DNA of 64,000 nucleotides from Eledone cirrhosa. Lineage: Eukaryota. The DNA lies in assembly GCA_964016885.1 (NCBI GenBank), contig OZ024742.1, positions 180,234,001 to 180,298,000 on the forward strand. The letters run 5' to 3'. Of this stretch, positions 53,821-64,000 are shown in pieces; the first letter of the stretch is position 1, and each line of letters begins with the position of its first letter. Below the pieces are notes generated by a model. The model did not search any database, was not told the DNA's origin, and was given only the letters and a program-made list of their open reading frames with translations. The position numbers and the translations under genes were made by a program.

Positions 53821-56433
53821 ACCAGCGCGCAAGGCCTACGGAGACCGGATTAGCGAGCTAGTTAAGTGGGCGTTGACGGGGGCCATCGTCAACAACAAGT
53901 GGTGGTTTGCTCTGAAAAGAGCGATTAGAACTGAGTCCATTAGGTTTAGTAAGGCTTTAGCTATAGAGAAAAATAGAGCAGAGGGAGAACTAGTTAGAAA
54001 ATTAGATGAGGCGCTTAGCAAAGGCATCGTGACCGACGTACTTGCTGTTCAGGGGCAGCGGCGGGTTGGATCGGGGGATGGACTTTAGTGTTTACCTCGA
54101 AGGACTGCCGCGGCTATCAGCCACTGATGCGGAGTGTTGCAAAAAGCCGATAACAGCAGCTGAAGGCAATGACTGCTGCACAAGGGGTAAATCGCCTGGT
54201 TTGGATGGTCTGCCCTATGAACTTTACGTACAGATGCAACTGGCAATAGAACGGGAGAATTCCCAGCTCTGTGAGCCGAGGAGCGGTGGCACTGCTGAAA
54301 AAGGATCCGAACATGGGGGATAACATAGATAATTTCAGGCCCATAACTCTTCTAATCAGAGTTCAAGATTTTGGCCATGGTGCTAGCAAAGAGGTTGGCG
54401 CTTGTCGTTGGTGGTCTGGTGGGAGAGGCGCAGACATGCGCCATTCTCGACAGATCCATCCACAAGAACCTCCACCTCATGCGATACACTGTGGAGCGGG
54501 TAGCTAGGGAACCTAGCACGGGTGGGTCCTTGATCAATTTAGATCAGTCGAAAGCTTTTGATAGGGTCAACCATCATTATCTGACGGCAGTCCTGAGGGC
54601 GGCTGGCTTTGGGCCCGTCTTCAGAGGCTCGATTGCTGCCAGTCACAGCGACAACTGCTCTGTGTTGAGAGTGAACGGTCAACATCATGGCTCGGTCTGT
54701 CAAGTATGTCCCGTCTCATCCCTCTTGTACGTATTGACTCTCAAGCCATTACTGCACAAATTGGAGACATTGAGGGGGGTCATGCATAAACTAGGATGCG
54801 GAAGATCCGTGTCAGCATATGCCGACGATGTCACCGTAGTGGTGTCGAACGCCAAACACATCGAGGTGATCGGCACTACACTAAGAGAATACGAAGCGGT
54901 GACAGGAGCAATGATCAACCAGGAAAAGTCAGTGGGTCTGCAGCTCAGCAACTGGAGAGGCAGGTTCATGCCATCCAACGGCGTCATCAGACGCTGGACG
55001 GACGGACCAGTTAAATTGCTAGGGGTCTGGTTCGGTCCGGACCTCCAGACGGACAAAAACTGGGATGAGGTGACGAGTAGGGTGGCTTCTCTCACCCAGA
55101 AATGGGCGGAGAGGAAGCTATCCCTGAAAGGTCGAGCGGAGGTGGCTAACGCGTACATCGCATCCGTCATCTACTACCGCCTGACCGTCGTGCCTTGTCC
55201 TAAGCCTCGCCTGACTGTGCTGGAGCGTTTGCTCTTTCGCTTTTTCTGGAAGGGACGTGCTCCGATGGTCAGGCGGTCCATCTGCTGTTAACACCCGCTA
55301 CGTGGAGGGCTGGGCATGCCGTGGCTAATGATGTGCAGACACGCACTCAGGCTACGACATCTCCACCTCTTCCTCGACGCTGATCAGGTGTGGTCGCTGT
55401 TTGCTAGACACATATTTCGCCAGCTCATCTCCTTGATGGATGGAGATGCAGTCCTGGGTCAAGCGAAGACCGAGAGGGAGCGCTTTGAGACTGGAATGTC
55501 TTCAGGTGCTCACAGCCCTCGACCAATCGGGCAATGTGATCGGTGAAAACTCCACCTTGGCGTTCTATAGAGGATTAGTGGAGGGGAAGAGTGACGATGT
55601 ACTTGGGGAAACTCTTGGCGTCGACAAAAATCAACTAGCCAATCTCTTTGGAAAAACTTTTGGGCCGGGGCCTATGGACAACTTCCAGAAATCCCTGGCC
55701 TGGCAGTGCTACCGAGGAGCTTTGCCCGTTCGGGATAAACTCTATAGGCATGGAGGTGCCGTCAGCTGGGCATGTCCGAGATGCATGCAGGGCGATGAAA
55801 CCATCCTGCATGCACTTGTCCAGTGTCCGAGCATTGCTGACTTGTGGGTTTATGTCAAACACCTGCTGTCGCGTGTAGGACGGATCCGACAATCAGCCGA
55901 GTCCATCGTGAGGATTGCCCCGCCCTCTTCCTTTAGCCGGGAAGGACAGGCAGTTTTTATCTGTCTGGTGGCCATGGCAAAAGAGATAGTATGGTGGACG
56001 CGTCTGAAAGGGCTGAAGACGAGCACTTACCTCTTCGGTGATACCCTGATTAACTTTTTCCAATTTCATTTGAAAAGGAATATCAGGGTAGAGAGGGACG
56101 TGCTCTCTTCCCAGCTTTTTGTTGAAAGATGGGTGAGAGAGGCAAGAATGGCCCGAGTGGATGGGCCTACTCTGAGTATGTGCCTGTAAATTGAAGAAGA
56201 AAAACTGGGAGATGACAATTGCCCTGGTGGTCAGGGTCACCTTGGCTTTTTTTAATGGGCTTTCTCCACGATGGCCCTTGGAAGTCTCCCCCCTATTGGG
56301 GAATTTTTCATTGTTCTTTTATTACATCCTCTGTTTTGGGGGGTTTTTTTACACGCAGGAATGCCCATTTGTACCGTCCTATATTGTCCTTAATGTCTAC
56401 TTTGTGTAAACCCTTGTGGTTAATAAAGAAAGC
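53821..56433 (+). mobile_element. Tx1/L1-clade LINE, 5'-truncated
   Basis: KSPGLDGLPYE, NFRPITLL, LDQSKAFDRV, AYADD, LSLKGR, CPRC..DETILHALVQC; AATAAA then (ATT)n. Confidence 0.93.
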
Positions 56434-56457
56434 ATTATTATTATTATTATTATTATT

Positions 56458-56644
56458 AAGGGCGGTGGATTGGCAGTATCAGTAAAGGGTCGGATGCCAT
56501 GCTTTGACGCATAGTTACAGCCCTTGTCATTCTGAGTTCAAATCCAGCCGAAGTTAACTTTGCCTTTCATCCTTACGGGGTCGATAAAATAAAGTACCAG
56601 TAATACACTGGGTATTTGCTGGCCTTGTGCCAAAAGTAGAAACA

Positions 56645-56678
<34 letters not shown>

Positions 56679-56846
56679 GGACGCCATGCTTTCCAGCATA
56701 GTTACGTCCCTTTATGGTCTGAGTTCAAATCCTGCCAAGGTTTACTTTGCCTTTCATCCTTATGGGGGTCGATAAAATAAAGTACCAGTAATGCACTGGG
56801 TAATTGCTAAAGTAGAAACAATTATTATTATTATTATTATTATTAT
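56458..56846 (+). mobile_element. Two tandem family A SINEs with (ATT)n tails
   Basis: A/B boxes and body as at 19888-20075. Confidence 0.92.
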
Positions 56847-57109
56847 TGTGTTGTCGCACAGCATCTAAAGCTGGTATTGGAATATAGATGTCAGATGTTC
56901 ACAGCCTGTGAACTGAGGTGGCACATTCAATTTTCAAGCACTTCTCTGAGTATTCAAATAGTTCCAAAGGAATGTTGTTTCCTCCAGGTTTTCCACCCTG
57001 ATGTTAATTCCTGTTCTTTCTAGTGCAACTAGAGCACTTACTTCAATCAGCAGCTCTTCTACATTCTTTATTGACGATAGGTGTCTTATCTTCCAAGCTA
57101 ACCTTTACT

Positions 57110-59640
57110 TGCTTTCTTTGTGACAGAATGGTTTCGCCAATCTGCTCACATCTTGGACAGGTTTGTCTGACAGCACTTCCATGCCTGTAGAGTTTATCTA
57201 GAACCAGCAGTGCCACACGATAGTACTCCTAGGCCAGAGATTTCTAGAAGTTGTCCTTAGCCCTCAGCTCAAACGATCTCCAGAACAGTGTAGTCAGTTT
57301 GATTTCATCAATGCCTAAAGCCTCTCTGAGAACATCATTGCACATGACCATTACAAGCGCTCTATAGAATGCTTAAAGTAGAATTTCCACTGACCCCATT
57401 GCCTGACTGGTAGAAGGTTGTGGGTGCCTGACAACATTTCAGATGCCAAGCATCCAGTTTTGGTCTTCGCTTGAACCATGACTGCAGCTCAGTCAAGAAG
57501 AAAGACTTGTCCCACAAATGGTGACAACACCTGTTCACCATTTAGGAATATCTGGAGTTGTCATAGCCTCAGCAGATGTTTGTGCATCATCAATAATAGC
57601 CTGCATAGCCATCTGCATAGAGGGTGCTGAGAGGAGAGGAAGAACCTCACCAACAGCACCTGTCCCCCCTTCCACAAGGCACTCCAATTCCATGAGGCAT
57701 GAACAGCAGTAAGGCACGACAGTCAGGCAGTAATAGATGATGGACATGATGTATGCATTTGTCACCTCAACCTGACTTTTCAGGGATAGCTTCCCCTCAG
57801 CCCATTTCTAGGTGAGCATGGTCACCTTTATTGTTACCTTGTCTCAGGCCTCATTCACTTTGAGGTCTGGCCCAAATCAGACCCTGAGCAACTTCACCAG
57901 TCTGTCTGTCCAGCATCCGACGATGATGTTGAACAGGTGTATTTACCTCTCCAGGTGCCGAGTTACAAAGCTACAGACTTTTCCAGGCTGATCTTTGGTC
58001 CTATCAACCTTCCATATTCTTCTAAGAAGTTGCTGACCATCTTGATTTCTGAGGTCTCCAACATCATCATAGTCGCATCATCCACACATGTTGATGCAGC
58101 CCTTCCACATCCTGGTTCAAACAGGATGCACTGCAACAGCTCCAGCAGTAGTTGCTTGCGAGTCAGTGGGGAGGCAAAAAGGCATCTGTGATGGACTGAG
58201 CACATGATCTGGAATGGTTCTGATTGGTGAACATTGACTTTGACCACTGAACAGACACTGCCATACATTGCAGCTATCCAGCCTCTGAAAACAGAACCAA
58301 AACCAGCTGCCTTGAGGACCATGTCCGGGTATCGATGGTCAACCCTATTGAAAGCTTTCAATTAATCCAAATTGTTCAGAGTCCCTATCAAAGCCTGGTT
58401 TACTCTCTACCCTCTCTATAATATATCGCATGAGATGGAGGCTGTCATGTATGGACCTAGCCAAGATTGCACAAGTTTCTGCCTTCTCCACCAGTCTCTG
58501 GATGACAGGTACCAATATTGTTGCTAGTGCCTTGGCCAAAATCTTAAACTCTGTTTAGCAGAGTTATGGGCTGGAAATTATCAATGATATCCCTGATGTT
58601 CTCACCATTCCTCATCAGAATTATTATGCCCCAACACACAAAACTGGGAATTTTCCCGTTCTGCTGCCAGTTGCAGTAGATGGCTTCGTGGAGATTGTAG
58701 AACAGGGCTAGCATGTCTATGTAAAAGTCAGATCAGAACATCCAAACTGAGAAATTTGCACCTCATACAACCAGCCAAAGCTTTTTGCAGCTCCCTGCAT
58801 CAGTCGATAAGAGTCATAGCAGGTTATCAAGGTAAAACTGAAGTCTGCCATCATCTCCTTGTTCTCCGCAAACATTCATGCAAAGTGCTGATGAAAGGTC
58901 ACACACATCTGCTTGGAATCAACTAGCAAGCATGTCTCAGTCTGTCAAAGAATGAATATGGTTTTGTTGCCATTCGAGCCCATCAAACAGCTTTTGCACT
59001 CTCGTTTCTTAGAGAAAGTACATCAGCTCTCACAATATAACCTTCATGTTTCACATTGCAGAAATGGTCTAGTGCCATTCTTGCTACTAGCACATCAGTT
59101 GCAGTGCCACACCTAATCACCTCTTCTAATTTTGTTACTAACTTCCCCTCCTTTCTAGTTTTTTCTATTGCTACCTTTTTACTAAATGCTATCAATTCTA
59201 CTCTAATCACTCTCTTTTGAACATCCAACCACTTTTTGTTGAGATATTCCCAGAAAGGCTTCCAGATGCCTGAAGGTATTCAGCTGTCCAGCCCCATTCA
59301 GGGCCTAGATGGCCACCAGATTAAGGTACCACCTATGTCCAGGAAAACCAACTCACTGTTTGGGTCCAGCAAGATTGGCTGTACCTGAGATTCAGGCCTT
59401 TCCTAATCAGCATTGCCATCCAGCCTCCCATTCCAGACTGATAAAGAGATGTGAAGATCTCATAGTCATAAAGAATGGGGGATAGTGTGTGCATGTTGGA
59501 AACCCTGGTTTTTCTGACGACATTCATATCCATAGCTAGTGATCTGAGGTTGTTGAATAAGTGACCTTGTGTCCAGAACAACCCAAGGCCACAAACATTC
59601 ATGCATCCTCCTCTTATAATAGCCATGTTGACTGATTAGT
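57110..59640 (-). mobile_element. Older Tx1/L1-clade LINE ORF2 remnant, related to 53821-56433
   Basis: APE start (CMNVCGL), NFQPITLL, KAFNRVDHRY..LKAAGFG, VDD, DKLYRHG..CPRC. Confidence 0.88.
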
Positions 59641-59769
59641 TAAGAGTAAAAAAGGAGGGGCTACATACTCTTTGGGTGCTGTTTGAGATTGGGTGGTTTG
59701 ACCTCCATATTTGATGGGTTTCCTTTGGTAAGTCTCTCGGTCCCCATGTCAAGTGGAAAGCTTTCCCAA

Positions 59770-60510
59770 ATGCCTTTGCAGTCACCTCGCGATATCCGTA
59801 CCATCGTAGGGTCCTCTCTGTTCCTAGTATAAAGTTTTCCAAAGAATTGGACTGAGCTAATGTTCTTTAACCAGCCTTGGAAACTCTTTGAGATTGCACC
59901 TAGTGCTCCTATGGCAAGGGAATAACCTTCAGCTCATGACAATTGATAGACTTTAGTTAAAGTCTATCAATATCACCATTCTTATGAAACATACTGTTGG
60001 TAGTCATTAATTTTTTTGTCTTTCTATCAAGTTCTTTTTGCTCATTTATATTGCATTTAAGAATTCCTGCATTGTACCTAATAACAGACAGTTTGGGAAT
60101 TTACTGCACTTATGGTATTTCTCCTATTCAAACATGATTTTAGTATGTTCCTTACTCTCCTTATGTACTCAGATCTTATCATCACCTTCATTTTATTGTC
60201 CTTGATGTTATCTGCCTCTATAACACCCAAATAACTATATCCCTCTTCAGTGTTGATCTCCTTTATCATCTCACCCATTGGTATGTCAATTAATTCCTTT
60301 GCTTCTCTTAAATTTACCTCTCCCCATCACTAGGACTCCACACTTATTAACACCAAATTCCACACAAATTCCACACAAATATGAACAGTGTTAACAAGTA
60401 CATCCAACTCTTTCTCACTCTTCCTGAAGAGTTTTAGGTTGTCCATGAAGAGGAACTGCTTGATGGTAAGCTCTCCTCTTTCCAGCTCGTATACTGCCTT
60501 CACTCATACT
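59770..60510 (-). mobile_element. Degenerate R4/Dong LINE 3' fragment
   Basis: GYSYLGV..EYIRRVRNILKS.LN..N.I.AVN; IGALG; LGT.R.LR. Confidence 0.8.
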
Positions 60511-60639
60511 CTTGCCACTTGTATTGTGAAGAGTGAAGGCAGTATACAAACTGGGAAGAGGATAGCTTACCATCAACTACCAGTAAGGAGAATGGGCTAC
60601 AAGAATAGGAAAATTATAATGGGTCTATCAGGGCTGTTG

Positions 60640-62900
60640 AAGAGGAAGGTTTGTGGTTGAACTCTGGTATTACTGAGATTAGTGATGCAAGAGGTGGGAA
60701 TCAATGGGATGATGAGTTGCTTTAATTGTAAAGAGAGCTTATTTAATTGAGGATTGTTCCAGAAGAAAAAATCCCAATGAATATGAGAATAGTAGATAGG
60801 AGTATGATAAATAAAGTTCCAAAAAATAAAAATTTTGTTATAGCACATATCCAAACCGAAAGCATAATGCAATCAAGGAATTTTATCCAAGCAATAACAC
60901 TTCTTGTCAGGGAGAAATTGCAATGGATGGCAACTAAGTAGAAGGCAAAAGAATCATGGTGAAAATGACACATTGAAAATGACATAATGCGGTCTAGGCA
61001 AGATTTAGCTATATTCGAGCAATGGTTCAGGGGAAATTGGAAAAATGGGAAAAAAACTGATTGAGAGATATAAGACAAGAAATATAAAATACTATAGAAT
61101 GGATTGATTTTTTACAGTAATGGAACAGTTAAAACAGTGGATTCTGTTGAACAGCCAGAAAATAAAAAAAAATATGTGAAAAGAAATAATAAATTCATGG
61201 AAAATAGTTCCAAAATATTTCAAAACAATCTTCCACACTTTAGACAAAGATAATGGTGAGGATACTGTTCCTAGGGTTGATCAGTTATAGAATAGGGTAT
61301 GGAAGAGCAGATTGATCCATAGAAGAGATCATCTCTTATCTCTCCTGTTGTCTGGTGGATTGTTGGGGTACCACAAATGACCTGGCAACCAGCTCTTTCC
61401 ATTCCTCTCAGCTCTCTGCCCTCCTCATGGTTGTACCCAGCTTCATGCCTATACATTCCAGGATGGTGTCCTCCCATCTCTTTTTCTGTCTGCCTCTCTT
61501 CCCCCCTCCTTGTACTGCAGGACAGTCTTGGCAAGCCCTGAAGGGATACCTAGTTTTATAGAAGGGATACCTAATGGATATAAGCCATCTAGACAGAACT
61601 GCGAGGAAGAAGTGGACAAGGAAATATTACCAAAAGCATAGATGATGTAAAGTATCAAGTGGTTAAGGTACCTAACTAGAAAGCTCCTGGTCCAGATGGG
61701 ATCCATGCTTTTTGGTTGAAGAGATGCAAGGCAGTTCATGAATGACTGGCATTTCAATTGAATGAATGTGTCTAGAGAGGTGCACTTTCCTCTTTGATGA
61801 TAATGTGGAGGACAACACTGGTGGTAAAAGATAGAAGTAAAGGAGAATGTGGTGGGGAAACTACCTTACTATCATATGTCTAAATATAATATAGGAGGTA
61901 CTTACTTATTAGGATATTTGTAAGAAAGTCCTATGCTTTTCTTTTGTAAGAATGAATGTTGTTGAGAAAAAATAGGATGTAGGAAGAGGTATCAGGGTTA
62001 TTGATAAGGCAGTTTTGAAGCATTGTAATAAATATCATACCAGGATGTTTACGACCTGGATTGACATTAAAAAAAGATCTGCAAGCATGTCAGCAATACA
62101 AAAATCTGCAGACATGTTTTAGTATTGCTGAACATGTCTTTTTAGACATGTTCAGCAATACAAAGCACCTGAAGATTTTCAACAATCCATTCTTGGATTG
62201 TTGAATTCCTGCAGATGTCTGGTATTGCTGAAGACATCATTAATTTTCATCTGAATTGTATGCTAGAGTAGAAAATTAAGTTGTACTTGAGCAATGTCTT
62301 TTTTGGAGAAGTAGATGTTAAAAGGGAATCTTCCAAGATGACTCAATTTCATCATTATTAGTTGTTATAACTTACACACAGGAAAATTAACATTAATATA
62401 TAAGGATTAAAAGGAGAATGCATGAAGAATATTTGATATATGGTGATGAAGGGTTGTTGCAATATGCAGCAGAAGATATGGGTTTAAATGCAGATGGAAT
62501 GTTCGAAAAGGAAGATTTAAAGAGAAGAGAAAAGATCTAGGAATGAGAATGCATGCCAATGAAAGCCTTATAATTGTGAAGTACAGCTTTTACAAAACTT
62601 CTCTGATACCCAGAATTGCAGACTGTGAAAAGAAAGCAGAAAATGTAACCCACTTGGTAAGTGGAGGAGAGAGCCGTGTGCAAAAAAAAAAGTACAAGTA
62701 TAATTATAATAAAGTTTGTTTGTAACTTCATTGGCTTTTGTCTCATAAATACCAATGCAAATTAATAGAAAATTGGTATGAGCATGTGCCTTGTAAATTA
62801 AAGAAGTGATATGGGAAAGCAACGATAATCTGGGATTATGATTTCCTGACTGATGGAGTAATTGAGCATTGCTGATTGGACATGGTCATATTGAAGAAGA
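60640..62900 (+). mobile_element. Degenerate, internally deleted R4/Dong LINE with an RTE 3' fragment (~61330-61535, minus) inserted
   Basis: KAPGPDGIHAFWLK, WID.KK, HSWI, GIFQ.DS, CR.C..ENVTHLVSG, IIWD remnants. Confidence 0.75.
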
Positions 62901-63739
62901 AGAAGAAGAAGAGGAAGAAGAAGAAAAGCAGCAGCAACATCGTAAATTGTAATCCTAAACCAGAAAAAAACAATAGATCAACAAAATAACAATAATAATA
63001 ACAGCAGTAATATTTAACAACAACAACAACAACAACAACAATAAAAGTAATACAGATAGACATGGTAATAACATAGTTTTAATAAGCGTAACAAAACTCT
63101 GTTTAAAAAAGATGTAAAAGTGGGAATCGAAATTATATGGAAGATGAAAGGGAAAATATATATTTTTTCAAAACCATTTAGAATTATTTGGAAAACATTT
63201 TGAAACTTCAAACTGTTTTTCTTATTTCTTTTTCAATTTCTCATTTTCTTTCATCTTTTTTTTTTTTTTCGTATTGCAATTTTCAAATTAAAATAAAGAA
63301 CAAAAAAAAATGGTAAAAGCAGCAAACATGAAATTCAGAGTGAAATTACAATTCGATGGAACATGTGATAAAATAGAATTTAATAAACAGGATTTACCAT
63401 ATATTCATGCATGCAGTTTCCACTGAAATGGGTTTCTTCGTACACTTTTCATGTTTTTTTTCTTTTTAACACATCGCCATGGAAGGAAGGACCGATACCC
63501 CTTTAGATTTTCAGGGCCTCCAATACCAGGAGGAGGAAGAGGGAAAGTTATCCATAAATCAGGGACAGTGGCTTGAATACTTGCTGGGTGAACTCTGATA
63601 AATGTACCTTAGGTGTCAGGTGATGGCATTAACGCCAAACAAAACTTCCTCTGGTTTTATGGAACAAATCCACATTTTATATTTGTAAATCAAAATATCC
63701 AAATTATTTACTCACTCACTCATGAGTCGAGTTTCCTCT

Positions 63740-64000
63740 ATCCAATTAACAGTGCTCTTTCCATGTGTCTCAATCTAGTATTATCACTCCAAGATCCATT
63801 AAAATACCTCCTGCGTTAGCACATAGCATATCCAGATACGTTGTTGCAGGATGACCTCTACTTCTATGACCGTGCGCAGGCTTCCAAAAAAAGAACATGG
63901 CTGATGCACTCGTTTATTTTTGCCTTGTAACAATGTCCCACAAAAACACACCCTTCTTAGACGAACAATATCCAATGCAGGAGAACTATCCTGATAGGGT
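63740..64000 (-). mobile_element. RTE LINE 3' fragment running off the window
   Basis: GHC..SHVLFWKPAHGHRSRGHPATTYLDML on minus. Confidence 0.75.

Overview
AT-rich animal (eukaryotic) genomic DNA made almost entirely of repeats. The SINE/LINE repertoire and very high (TA)n/(TAA)n density suggest a cephalopod such as Octopus (inference). No intact host protein-coding gene is supportable; most ORFs in the track are microsatellite translations or broken retrotransposon frames. Contents: two ~2-3 kb non-autonomous LTR elements (tRNA-Trp PBS, 4-bp TSD, atypical TGTAG...CTAAA ends); a near full-length R4/Dong-type LINE plus three fragments; a CR1-type LINE; two Tx1/L1-type LINEs; a CRE-type fragment; many RTE fragments including a bipartite non-autonomous RTE; three SINE families; Helitron-like ends; a MITE; mini- and microsatellites. 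The most notable signal is a set of type I hammerhead ribozyme (HHR) motifs of the Penelope-like-element (PLE) kind lodged in (TA)n tracts. Three loci carry them as divergent head-to-head pairs inside inverted repeats, and five motifs from four sequence-divergent loci share a pyrimidine-pyrimidine mismatch at stem II pair 4. All calls were made by eye with no database search or folding software; boundaries of degenerate elements are approximate.
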